A program made the translations under genes and the position numbers. Below the pieces are notes generated by a model. The model saw only the letters and a list, made by a program, of their open reading frames with translations. It was not told the origin of the DNA and made no database searches. From contig CAYQZQ010000001.1 in assembly GCA_964422035.1 (NCBI GenBank), positions 185,013-249,012 on the forward strand: 64,000 nucleotides of DNA, in the 5' to 3' direction. The DNA is from an uncultured Pseudomonadales bacterium (GTDB lineage Bacteria; Patescibacteriota; Microgenomatia; UBA1400; Chazhemtobacteraceae). This document shows positions 10,667 through 20,333 of this stretch, one piece after another. Each line of letters starts with the position of its first letter. Position 1 is the stretch's first letter.

Positions 10667-11508
10667 AAACAAAAGATAATCTTGACACAAATATTTTTCC
10701 CACCTGGTGTCCAGGATGCGGAAACTTGGGAATTTGGTCAGCAATTAAAAAATCTATTAATAATCTAGATATAGCAAAGGAAAGAGTTGTTATCGTCTAC
10801 GGCATTGGATGTAGTGGAAACATGGCCAGCTTTGTTAAAGCTTACGGATTTCACGGCGTACACGGCAGGGGCATTCCCGTTGCTGAGGGAATTAAGCTTG
10901 CAAACCACAAGCTTAAGGTAATTGTAGTTGGAGGTGATGGAGATTTACTTGGTGAAGGCCTTAATCATTTTGTTCAGGCATCCAGAGCAAATCATGACGT
11001 ATCTGTGATTATTCACAATAATCAGATCTATGGTCTGACAACAGGCCAGTCCTCCCCTACTTCACTTAAGAAAACTAAAAGTAAGTCATACCCACTTGGA
11101 GTGACTGATGAGCCGATCAACCCTCTTCAACTTGCACTGACAGCTGGTGCGACACATGTATCAAGAGGCTTTTCAGGTGATATTAATCAGTTAACTGAAT
11201 TGGTCGGTAGTTCGATTGATCACGAAGGCTTCTCTGTATTAGATGTATTGCAACCTTGTGTTACTTTTAACAAAATTAACACCTATAAATGGTTTCAAGA
11301 AAGAGTTGAAAAATTGAATGGACCAATTGAAGATCGGATTGATGCTTTAAAAAAAGCGGTATGGACTAATGAGAAGATTTTCACCGGAGAATTTTATAAA
11401 GAAGAAAACTCCCCATTCCACGCCAGATGGCCACAGATTGATGAGCGTACACTTATTCAACAGACAACAAACAATGATATTAACCAGATAATGGAAAGCT
11501 TAAGTTAG
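10663..11508 (+). CDS. 2-oxoacid:ferredoxin oxidoreductase, beta (TPP-binding) subunit
   Basis: WCPGCG, GIGCSG, HGR, GGDGD, NNQIYGLTTGQ, QPCVTFN; overlaps the alpha stop codon. Confidence 0.94.
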   Translation: MKTKDNLDTNIFPTWCPGCGNLGIWSAIKKSINNLDIAKERVVIVYGIGCSGNMASFVKAYGFHGVHGRGIPVAEGIKLANHKLKVIVVGGDGDLLGEGLNHFVQASRANHDVSVIIHNNQIYGLTTGQSSPTSLKKTKSKSYPLGVTDEPINPLQLALTAGATHVSRGFSGDINQLTELVGSSIDHEGFSVLDVLQPCVTFNKINTYKWFQERVEKLNGPIEDRIDALKKAVWTNEKIFTGEFYKEENSPFHARWPQIDERTLIQQTTNNDINQIMESLS

Positions 11509-12119
11509 AAGCGACGGATGATACCAACTACTCTTCCTTGGATTTTTACTCTTGTAGCGTAAATGGGGCTCATATCTGCATTAGCTGGCTCTAGTCTGAT
11601 ACGGGTTTTTTCTTTAAAGAAGCGTTTTAGAGTGGCTAGACCATTCTCTAAAAGAGCAACAACTATATCTCCGTTGTTGGCATTTTCAGATTCTTCGCAA
11701 ACTACATAATCACCATCAAAAATTCCATCTTCTATCATACTGTCCCCGTTTACCTGCAATACAAAAGCCTTTTTCTTTCCTGAAATCATGCTGGGAGAAA
11801 CTTTCAACTGAGCGTCATTTTCTTCATAAGGTTCGATGGGCTTTCCAGCTGCTATGTAACCTTTAATGGGCAACTCAACGATATTTTTTTCCTGGCCAAT
11901 ACTTTTATTTAAAAGCTCTATGCCCCTGACTGCCCCTTCGTGCTTTCTTATGACCTTTTTCTTTATGAGTGCTTGTAGATGCTCGTGGACAGTGGCGAGT
12001 GAGGAAACACCAATTGCGTCAGCTATTTCTTGCAAAGTAGGAGAATAGCCGTTTTTTTGAATATACTGAGCAATAAAGTCAACGATTTGTCTTTGTCGTT
12101 TATAAAGGGTTACTGCCAT
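11505..12119 (-). CDS. lexA: SOS transcriptional repressor LexA
   Basis: HTH SPTLQEIA...SLATVHEHL, Ala-Gly cleavage site IAAG, catalytic GDSM and TLKR. Start at ATG 12119. Confidence 0.96.
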   Translation of the reverse strand: MAVTLYKRQRQIVDFIAQYIQKNGYSPTLQEIADAIGVSSLATVHEHLQALIKKKVIRKHEGAVRGIELLNKSIGQEKNIVELPIKGYIAAGKPIEPYEENDAQLKVSPSMISGKKKAFVLQVNGDSMIEDGIFDGDYVVCEESENANNGDIVVALLENGLATLKRFFKEKTRIRLEPANADMSPIYATRVKIQGRVVGIIRRF

Positions 12120-12129
12120 ATTAATTTTT

Positions 12130-12157
12130 ATTGTAACCCAAAAGAACCCGAAGTCAA
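12130..12157 (-). promoter_or_regulatory. lexA promoter (TTGACT-16-TACAAT) containing a direct-repeat candidate LexA operator TTCGG-N6-TTGGG
   Basis: Minus strand reads TTGACT tcgggttcttttgggt TACAAT; the direct repeat lies between and overlapping the hexamers. Confidence 0.65.
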
Positions 12158-12196
12158 GGGTCAAATTGTTGGGGTTTTTTCTGGTAAAATAGAAGG

Positions 12197-14305
12197 TTGA
12201 TGAAAAAATTTAAGATTAAATCAAATTTTGAACCTGCAGGTGATCAACCACAGGCGATCAAACTTTTATCAGAAGGGGTCAATAATCATATTGACGATCA
12301 AGTGCTATTGGGCGTAACTGGCTCCGGCAAGACTTTTAGTCTGGCAAAAGTAATTGAAAATGTTCAAATGCCAACACTGATTATTTCTCACAATAAAACT
12401 TTGTCTGCTCAGTTGTATCAGGAGTTTAGAGACTTCTTTCCTGACAATGGTGTGAGTTTCTTTGTTTCATATTATGACTACTACCAGCCAGAAGCTTATA
12501 TCCCACAAACTGATACCTATATTGAAAAGGAAACCGAGATTAATGAAGAGATTGACAAGTTGAGACTATCGACAACAGCTAACCTGTTGTCGAGGCCTGA
12601 TGTTATAGTAGTGGCCTCTGTATCCTGCATTTATAACTTAGGTTCCCCTATTGCATATAAAAAGTTTCTACTTAAACTGACTGAAGGTCAGGTTATTGAC
12701 CGAATGACAGTTATTAGTCGGTTAGTAGACCTGCAATATGGTAGACAACGAGAAAAGCTGGAGAGGGGTGACTTTAGAGTAAGGGGTAATTTAATTGACC
12801 TTTGGCCAGCCTATGAGGACATAGTAATCCGACTAAAGTTTGACGAGAAGACTTTATACTCATTGGAATGGCTTGATCCTATCAATTTCACTGAAATAAA
12901 AGCCCCTAAGTATTTTTTTGAAAATAACAAAGTAACCATCTATCCGGCTAAACATTTTATTGCGCCCGAGAAAAATCAAGATGAGGTTTTTTCCCAGATA
13001 AGAGATGATTTAAGCCAGCAAGTAAAGAGGTTGCAAGATAGTGGATTAGAACTAGAAGCTAACAGACTAGAGCAGAGAGTCAATTATGATTTGGATATGA
13101 TTGCAGAGATGGGTTATGTGAGCGGAATTGAAAACTACTCAAGATACTTTGACGGCAGAAAGCCCGGTGAGCCACCTTATACCCTTTTGGATTATATGAA
13201 ATACAACGCAGATAAGTTTAATAAGAAAGGTTTTATGACCATAGTTGATGAGAGTCACATGACGGTTCCCCAGATTAAAGGTATGCACAAAGGTGATAAA
13301 TCTAGAAAAGAGACATTGATTAATCACGGCTTTAGATTACCTGCAGCCAGAGACAATCGCCCATTGGATTTTGACGAATTTAGAGCAAGAACAGAAAACT
13401 CAATTTTTGTGTCGGCTACCCCATCAACCTGGGAGAAAAGTATGGCAACTAAAGCAGCCATGAAGTTTGACCATCCGGGAGTAGTTGAACAACTAGTTAG
13501 ACCGACTGGACTACTTGAGCCGGAGATTGATGTCAGGCCTATTGAGAATCAGGTAAGTGATCTGATTGGTGAGGTTTTGTCTAGAATGGAAAAGGGAGAA
13601 AGAGTGCTGGTAACCACACTGACTAAAAAAATGGCTGAGGATCTGGCTGAGTATCTAGCAAATCCGGAGAAAATCAAGTCTAAAATTGACAGAGTGATAG
13701 ACAGGCCGATAAAGGTTGAATATTTGCACTCTGATGTCGACACTCTTGATAGATCAGACATATTAGATGAGCTGCGAGGAGGAGATATTGATGTAATTGT
13801 AGGCATCAACCTGTTAAGAGAAGGGCTGGACCTGCCTGAAGTATCACTTGTGGCCATCTTAGATGCTGATAAAGAGGGTTTTTTAAGGTCTAAGACATCT
13901 CTGGTCCAAACGATGGGCAGAGCGGCCAGAAACAAAGCTGGGCAGGTAATTTTATATGCCGATGAGGTAACCAGATCAATGAGGAAAGCAGTGGATGAAA
14001 TCAATAGAAGAAGAGAGATCCAAGAAGAGTTTAACAGGAAACACAAAATTGAACCAAAAACAATTAGAAAGCCAATCAGAGAGAAGCTTTTAAAAAGAGA
14101 CAGGAGAGTTGAGTCTGATGCCAATGAGATATTGATGGAGTTTGGTTGGAGTAATTTTGAAGATATTAATCCTGATGCTTTAACACCTAAAGATAGGAAG
14201 AAAGTTTACAAAGAGGTTAGGACCGTGATGAACAAGGCAGCTAAAGACTGGAACTTCGAAAAAGCAGCTGAGCTGAAGAAGATTGTTAATTTGTTAGAAT
14301 CCTAA
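12197..14305 (+). CDS. uvrB: Excinuclease ABC subunit B
   Basis: GDQPQAI, GVTGSGKT, SYYDYYQPEAY, DESH, GINLLREGLDLPEV, GRAARN, C-terminal UVR motif. Confidence 0.97.
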   Translation: MMKKFKIKSNFEPAGDQPQAIKLLSEGVNNHIDDQVLLGVTGSGKTFSLAKVIENVQMPTLIISHNKTLSAQLYQEFRDFFPDNGVSFFVSYYDYYQPEAYIPQTDTYIEKETEINEEIDKLRLSTTANLLSRPDVIVVASVSCIYNLGSPIAYKKFLLKLTEGQVIDRMTVISRLVDLQYGRQREKLERGDFRVRGNLIDLWPAYEDIVIRLKFDEKTLYSLEWLDPINFTEIKAPKYFFENNKVTIYPAKHFIAPEKNQDEVFSQIRDDLSQQVKRLQDSGLELEANRLEQRVNYDLDMIAEMGYVSGIENYSRYFDGRKPGEPPYTLLDYMKYNADKFNKKGFMTIVDESHMTVPQIKGMHKGDKSRKETLINHGFRLPAARDNRPLDFDEFRARTENSIFVSATPSTWEKSMATKAAMKFDHPGVVEQLVRPTGLLEPEIDVRPIENQVSDLIGEVLSRMEKGERVLVTTLTKKMAEDLAEYLANPEKIKSKIDRVIDRPIKVEYLHSDVDTLDRSDILDELRGGDIDVIVGINLLREGLDLPEVSLVAILDADKEGFLRSKTSLVQTMGRAARNKAGQVILYADEVTRSMRKAVDEINRRREIQEEFNRKHKIEPKTIRKPIREKLLKRDRRVESDANEILMEFGWSNFEDINPDALTPKDRKKVYKEVRTVMNKAAKDWNFEKAAELKKIVNLLES

Positions 14306-14308
14306 CCT

Positions 14309-17275
14309 ATGACTGATAAAAAGATATCACCAGCAACCCACTTGATGATAAGGGGAGCCAGGCAACATAACCTGCAAAACATTGACCTTGACTTACCCAA
14401 GGGAAAATTGGTAGTTTTTACAGGTTTGTCAGGATCTGGAAAGTCCAGCATGGCTTATGACACTGTGTATGCCGAAGGTCAAAGAAGATATGTTGAATCT
14501 CTGTCTTCGTATGCTAGGCAGTTTCTGGGAGTAATGGACAAGCCTGATGTGGATAAAATTGAGGGTTTAAGTCCCGCAATATCAATCGATCAAAAAGGAG
14601 GATCGCATAATCCCCGCTCTACTGTAGGAACAGTAACCGAGATATATGATTACTTGAGACTTCTATATGCCAGAGTAGGACACCCGCATTGTCCGGAATG
14701 TGGAGAGGAAATTACAACCACTGATGCTCAACAAATTACTGACCAAGTCTGGAAGAGGATGCAGGGCGCTGAAGAATTAGATGAAAACAAAGGAATCAGA
14801 TTACTAATACTGTCACCGGTTGTTAGACATCAAAAAGGTCAGTTTAAGGAGTTGTTTAAGAACTTGGAGAAAAAAGGTTTTTCCCAGGCCAGAATTGATA
14901 ATAAAGTATTTGATTTTACTGATGATTTTGATTTAGTGAAAACTAACTATCACGACATCGAAGTGGTAATTGATAAATTAGTAATACCAAGCAAACAACT
15001 TAAAAAAACTGGGCAAGAGAGTAAAAACCGATTATTTGAAGCCATTGAGCAAGCTTTGGAAATGTCTGATGGAATGGTAATAGCCAGCATGATTAAAGAT
15101 AAAGGTTTTAGTATTCCCGAAAAGCCCAAAAAAATGGAGGATCAGCTTTATTCTGAAAAATTTGCATGTACTGAATGTGGTGTGTCTTTACCAGAGATCG
15201 AACCAAGAACATTTTCATTCAACTCTCCTGAAGGAGCTTGTGAGGAGTGCTCTGGATTAGGAACACAGCTTAAGGTAAAGCCGGATTTGATTTTGGCAGA
15301 GGAGTTAACACTAGATGAAGGTGCGATTATTCCCCTGGCAAGCCAGTTTCAAAATAATACCTGGAGAGCGCGCTTAATCAGGACTGTAGCTGATGAGCAT
15401 GGATTTGATAGCAAGACTGCCATTTTAAACCTTGATGATGCGCAACTGAATGTTTTACTTAATGGAACAGGTGATGAAGTATATAAGGTGGAAGGAGAAA
15501 ACAGGCAGGGACGAATGACTACTTGGGAAAGCGATTTTGAAGGGATCTTAAAAGAAATTGAAACCAGGCACGAAAAGACAAGCTCTGATTATGTTAGAAA
15601 TGAATTGGAAAAATACATGATTCAGCGCAGTTGTCCTGTATGTAAGGGATCTAGACTGAAAAAGGAAGCTCTATCTATTACGGTGAATGGATTCTCAATA
15701 GCTGAAGTAGCAGCAATGCCTATTGAAGAAACCCAGAAATGGGCTAAAGGTTTGCCTGATGAGCTATCAAAAGGCGAGATTACTATCGCCAAATCCGTAC
15801 TTGAAGAAGTGGAATCTCGATTGAAGTTTTTAGTTTCAGTTGGCTTGGATTATGTAACCCTGGACCGACAGGCCGGAACTTTGGCAGGAGGAGAGCTACA
15901 GCGGATTCGTTTGGCATCTCAGATTGGATCTCAGCTAACAGGAATTTTGTACGTACTTGATGAACCAACGATCGGGTTGCACCAGAGAGATAATAAAAGA
16001 TTGATTGATACACTTAAAAACCTGCGTGATTTAGGCAATACCCTTCTTGTAGTTGAACATGACCGAGAAATGATTGAGTCTGCTGATCAAATTATTGAGT
16101 TTGGCCCTGGAGCGGGAAAAAAAGGTGGCAGACTGCAGTTTCAAGGTAGTGTAAAGAAGATGAAAAAACAAAGGAAAACTCTTACTAGTAAATACTTAAC
16201 AGGCGAAAAGAAGGTTTTGGTAGAAACAGACAGAAAGCTTAATCTTGACATGCCGAATTTACGACTTTTTGGGGCTAAAAAACACAACTTAAAAGATGTT
16301 GACCTTGAGATTCCTTTGGGGCGATTTGTAACTGTCACCGGAGTGTCTGGATCTGGTAAGTCAAGCTTGATTGTCGAGACCTTGCACGAAGCTTTGGCCA
16401 GAAACTTAAAGAGGATACATCACCAGGAAGAAGCCAATTTTGATCAAATCATGATACCTGATGCTGTCAAAAAAGTTAGTTTGATTGATCAAGGTCCGAT
16501 AGGAAGAACACCCAGAAGTAACCCTGCTACTTATACCAAGGCATTTAATTATATTAGAAAGTTGTTTGCCTCAACTGCGGAAGCTGAGATAAGAGGATAT
16601 GACAAAGGACGATTTAGTTTTAACGTAAAGGGGGGTAGATGCGAGGCGTGCCAAGGACAGGGGCAAAATAAGATCGAGATGCAGTTTATGTCTGATATTT
16701 ATGTCACTTGTGAGGTCTGTGAAGGCAAGAGATATAACTCGCCTACTTTGGAGGTTAAATACAAAGGCAAAAATATCGCCGAGGTGCTGGAGATGACAGT
16801 TGATGAAGCGATCGGATTTTTCAACGGATTACCAGCTTTAAACAAAAGACTTAAAACAATGCAGGATGTTGGCTTGGGATATATTGAGTTAGGTCAGCCG
16901 GCCACGACTTTATCAGGAGGAGAAGCACAGAGAATTAAACTGGCTGCTGAGTTGGCTAAGACAAGAACCGGACATACTATGTATATTCTTGATGAACCAA
17001 CAACAGGTCTTCATTTTGAGGATTTAAGGAAGCTACTTAAGGTGCTGCATCGGTTAGTTAATCAAGATAATACTGTAATTGTTATTGAACACAACCTTGA
17101 TCTTATTAACAATGCTGACTGGATAATTGATTTAGGACCTGGCGGAGGACATAAGGGTGGAGAAATAGTTGCAACAGGTAAACCAGAAGAGATCGCATCT
17201 AATGATAAATCAGTTACTGGTGAGGAATTGCGCAAATATTGGGATGAAAGAGTTGAGAGAAGAAAGTTTAATTGA
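14309..17275 (+). CDS. uvrA: Excinuclease ABC subunit A
   Basis: GARQHNL, GLSGSGKSS, EGQRRYVESLS, two ABC cassettes with zinc fingers, LSGGEAQR. Confidence 0.97.
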   Translation: MTDKKISPATHLMIRGARQHNLQNIDLDLPKGKLVVFTGLSGSGKSSMAYDTVYAEGQRRYVESLSSYARQFLGVMDKPDVDKIEGLSPAISIDQKGGSHNPRSTVGTVTEIYDYLRLLYARVGHPHCPECGEEITTTDAQQITDQVWKRMQGAEELDENKGIRLLILSPVVRHQKGQFKELFKNLEKKGFSQARIDNKVFDFTDDFDLVKTNYHDIEVVIDKLVIPSKQLKKTGQESKNRLFEAIEQALEMSDGMVIASMIKDKGFSIPEKPKKMEDQLYSEKFACTECGVSLPEIEPRTFSFNSPEGACEECSGLGTQLKVKPDLILAEELTLDEGAIIPLASQFQNNTWRARLIRTVADEHGFDSKTAILNLDDAQLNVLLNGTGDEVYKVEGENRQGRMTTWESDFEGILKEIETRHEKTSSDYVRNELEKYMIQRSCPVCKGSRLKKEALSITVNGFSIAEVAAMPIEETQKWAKGLPDELSKGEITIAKSVLEEVESRLKFLVSVGLDYVTLDRQAGTLAGGELQRIRLASQIGSQLTGILYVLDEPTIGLHQRDNKRLIDTLKNLRDLGNTLLVVEHDREMIESADQIIEFGPGAGKKGGRLQFQGSVKKMKKQRKTLTSKYLTGEKKVLVETDRKLNLDMPNLRLFGAKKHNLKDVDLEIPLGRFVTVTGVSGSGKSSLIVETLHEALARNLKRIHHQEEANFDQIMIPDAVKKVSLIDQGPIGRTPRSNPATYTKAFNYIRKLFASTAEAEIRGYDKGRFSFNVKGGRCEACQGQGQNKIEMQFMSDIYVTCEVCEGKRYNSPTLEVKYKGKNIAEVLEMTVDEAIGFFNGLPALNKRLKTMQDVGLGYIELGQPATTLSGGEAQRIKLAAELAKTRTGHTMYILDEPTTGLHFEDLRKLLKVLHRLVNQDNTVIVIEHNLDLINNADWIIDLGPGGGHKGGEIVATGKPEEIASNDKSVTGEELRKYWDERVERRKFN

Positions 17276-17289
17276 TTAAATAGGTAAGA

Positions 17290-19107
17290 ATGAAAAGAAT
17301 ACAGAAGGTTTTTGTAATTTTATTAACAGTCTTGAATTTATTGGCTTTTGGCGGTCAGGCTCAAGCGACTTCTGAGTTTGAAACCAGATATATAACTACT
17401 TATCAAGTCAGCAAGTCTGGTTTAACTACGGTACGACATCAGGTGGATCTTAAAAATAAAGTATCCAATATATATGCTGAAAAGTTTTCAATTGCGGTAG
17501 GTTTTACTGATTTAAATAATATTCGAGTACAGGATGAGGCGGGAACTATAGTCCCAGTAGTAGAAGAGACGCAGAATCAGACTATCATACGCTTTGATTT
17601 TTTAAATAAGGTAGTTGGAAAAGACAAATCACATAATTTTTACATTCAATACCAGACGGGAGATATTGCCAATAAAAATGGATCTGTTTGGGAAGTTAAT
17701 ATCCCAAAACTGGAAACTGAAAAGAACGTTGTAGAGAACAAGATCAGCTTAATTGTTCCCTCTGAGTTCGGACAACCAGCCTATATATCACCAAGGCCCG
17801 TTAAGAAAACAAACAGGCCTCCCTCTGATAATGTAAGCAACGTCTATGAATTTGAAGGTTCTATTCTTAACAGAGAAGCAGTATCTGCATTATTTGGTCG
17901 AGTCCAGCACATGAAGCTTGAATTAAGTTATCATCTTAAAAATGACAGTCAGTCAGTCTCTCAAATGGACATTGCACTCCCTCCAGACACTACTTACCAG
18001 ACGATGATGTACCAGAGCATTACCCCTGAACCGGTCAATGTCAGAGAGGACATAGACGGTAATTGGTTAGCGGTATACAGATTAAAACCTCAAGAAAAAG
18101 TCGACATTAAAGTTGAAGCCATCGCAAGAATTAATTTTTTTCCAGAAAGTATTTTACTAAATGATGAGCAAAAAGCATTGTATACACAAGCAAACGAGTT
18201 CTGGATTTCTGATTCTAGCGAGATTAATCGATTAAGTGAGAATTTCAATAATCCCCAAGCTGTTTATGACTATGTTGTAGATTACTTAAACTACGACTTT
18301 AATCAAATAGAAAATACCACAACAAGAGTACCAGTAAGTAATGTACTAAATTCAAAAATGGCCATCTGTACAGGCTATGCTGATTTATTTGTTACATTGG
18401 CGCGAGCTGCCGGAATACCAAGCAGGGAACTGGAAGGATATGCTTTAACAAATAACGACAAGCTTAGACCATTAAGTCTAAAGAAAGATGTGCTTCATTC
18501 CTGGGTAGAGTATTATGATGATCAGAAAAATACATGGATTCAGCTAGATCCGACTTGGGCTGACACTACCGGAGGAGTTGATTACTTTAATAAGCTGGAT
18601 TTAAATCATGTGGTGTTTGTCATTCATGGTCAAGATCCACGTAATCCAGTCCCTGCCGGAGGATATAAGATTGAAGGTCAGGAACAGAAAGATGTAAGAG
18701 TTGAAGCGGTTGATCCAATCAGCTTTGGTGATCCAAGGCTTGAATTTATTGTTAATAAAGAATTAAAGAAAGGCCAGCTTGTTATCGAAGTAAGCAATAC
18801 AGGCAGTACAGCTTATGAGGGTAAAATTAGAATTGATTCACAGCCAGCTGGTATAGTTAGAGACGATTTTGATGTGGGCAAAATACCTCCGTGGGGAAGA
18901 AAAAAAATTCAAATCTCCACCGACTTACCAGGTAAATGGCGTGAGGTGCCAGTTATAATTAAGTTCAACTATGACCAACAAACAGAGCAAATCACAATCT
19001 CTCTCGAACCACCTTTCAAGAAAAAGGCACAAATGGCCGGAGCAATCATCGGCATGGGCGGAGTTTTGTTCGCAGCTGCCTACTGGACCCGCCGTATATT
19101 CTTTTGA
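17290..19107 (+). CDS. Secreted, C-terminally anchored transglutaminase-like cysteine protease
   Basis: Signal peptide ending AQA; Cys-His-Asp triad motifs ICTGYADLF, LHSWVEYY, QLDPTW; hydrophobic C-terminal anchor. Confidence 0.85.
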   Translation: MKRIQKVFVILLTVLNLLAFGGQAQATSEFETRYITTYQVSKSGLTTVRHQVDLKNKVSNIYAEKFSIAVGFTDLNNIRVQDEAGTIVPVVEETQNQTIIRFDFLNKVVGKDKSHNFYIQYQTGDIANKNGSVWEVNIPKLETEKNVVENKISLIVPSEFGQPAYISPRPVKKTNRPPSDNVSNVYEFEGSILNREAVSALFGRVQHMKLELSYHLKNDSQSVSQMDIALPPDTTYQTMMYQSITPEPVNVREDIDGNWLAVYRLKPQEKVDIKVEAIARINFFPESILLNDEQKALYTQANEFWISDSSEINRLSENFNNPQAVYDYVVDYLNYDFNQIENTTTRVPVSNVLNSKMAICTGYADLFVTLARAAGIPSRELEGYALTNNDKLRPLSLKKDVLHSWVEYYDDQKNTWIQLDPTWADTTGGVDYFNKLDLNHVVFVIHGQDPRNPVPAGGYKIEGQEQKDVRVEAVDPISFGDPRLEFIVNKELKKGQLVIEVSNTGSTAYEGKIRIDSQPAGIVRDDFDVGKIPPWGRKKIQISTDLPGKWREVPVIIKFNYDQQTEQITISLEPPFKKKAQMAGAIIGMGGVLFAAAYWTRRIFF

Positions 19108-20308
19108 AAACGAAAATCTTCAGGCTTTATATATTGGCAAGACAATAAGTTTGCGGACAAGAATCAGACAGCATTGTAAAAGCTTTGATACAAAAGGCAG
19201 TAAGCAAAAAAGATTTTTGCATGAAGCCAAGTATTTTAGCTACTACTCTGTGAAAAATGATCTTGCAGCAGTTATTTTGGAGGCACGCTTAATTGGAATT
19301 AATAAGCCCAAGTACAACAGTGTACTTAAAGATGATAGATCCTCTTTATATATTAAAATCAGTGGAGACAGTTTTCCTAAAGTTGACATCGTGAGGAAAA
19401 GTGAGCTAAGCAAGAATGACGATTACTATGGCCCATTCACCTCCAATAGACAAACGCAGAGGGTGCTAAGAGTGGCTAGGAAAATTTTTAAATTTTGCAG
19501 TAAGCCCGGTAATGATTCCAAAAGGCCCTGCTTCTACTTTCACATTGACCAGTGTGATGGAGCATGTGTGGGTAAAGTTTCAAAAATAGAGTATCGTAGG
19601 AAAATAGGTTATCTGAAACGATTCTTAAATGGGGAAACAAAAACATTAATTAAAAAAATCGATAGACAGATTAAGAATCTGTCTAAAAATGAAAAGTTTG
19701 AGCAAGCTGGTAAACTTAAACAAGCCAGAGAAGCTGTTTATGAAGCAACTCGAGTTAGTACTGGATTAAGTGCGTTGTTAAAATCCGATCCTCAAACTGA
19801 AAAGCAGCTAAGGAACTTAAAGGAGATTCTATCCTCCCATGGCATGGAAGTTAACTTGGAGAGAATCGAAGGATATGATGTTTCAACACTACAACAAAAA
19901 AACACGGTAGGTGGAATGGTGGTTTTTGTAATGGGAGTAGCTAATAAAAGAGACTACAGACTGTTTAAGATGCAGTGGGACAAGCAAGGTGATACAGCAG
20001 CAATGGAAGAGATGCTTGAAAGAAGGTTTAATCACCAGGAATGGCCTTTTGCTGATTTAGTCTTAATAGATGGAGGAAAACCTCAAGTGTCAAGTGCCTT
20101 AAAAGTTGTGCCCAATAATATTGAAGTGATTGGTATAGCTAAAAAGGAAGAAACATTAGTATATAAAAGGAATGGAAGGTTTGTTGAATTAAAATTAAAG
20201 GACGAATGGCCTGCTAAAGCGTTGATCCAAAAAATTCGAGACGAGGCGCACAGATTCAGCAATAGTTATCAAAGCAAAATCAGAAGAAAGGCGATGATTG
20301 ACAAATGA
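18971..20308 (+). CDS. uvrC: Excinuclease ABC subunit C-like (GIY-YIG + RNase H-like domain, no HhH tail)
   Basis: LPTGPAVY...YIGK, PKYN, YYGPF, Cys cluster, RIEGYDVS, LIDGGKPQ, RDEAHRF. Start uncertain because of the overlap with the upstream gene. Confidence 0.88.
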   Translation: MTNKQSKSQSLSNHLSRKRHKWPEQSSAWAEFCSQLPTGPAVYSFENENLQALYIGKTISLRTRIRQHCKSFDTKGSKQKRFLHEAKYFSYYSVKNDLAAVILEARLIGINKPKYNSVLKDDRSSLYIKISGDSFPKVDIVRKSELSKNDDYYGPFTSNRQTQRVLRVARKIFKFCSKPGNDSKRPCFYFHIDQCDGACVGKVSKIEYRRKIGYLKRFLNGETKTLIKKIDRQIKNLSKNEKFEQAGKLKQAREAVYEATRVSTGLSALLKSDPQTEKQLRNLKEILSSHGMEVNLERIEGYDVSTLQQKNTVGGMVVFVMGVANKRDYRLFKMQWDKQGDTAAMEEMLERRFNHQEWPFADLVLIDGGKPQVSSALKVVPNNIEVIGIAKKEETLVYKRNGRFVELKLKDEWPAKALIQKIRDEAHRFSNSYQSKIRRKAMIDK

Positions 20309-20333
20309 TAGTCATATGGGGAAAGATTAAGAT

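Noticed and set aside
19018-19026. AAG AAA AAG as a -1 frameshift site fusing the transglutaminase to UvrC
   Set aside because: uvrC is in the +1 frame relative to the upstream gene, so a -1 slip would not join them; an exported-nuclease fusion is also implausible.
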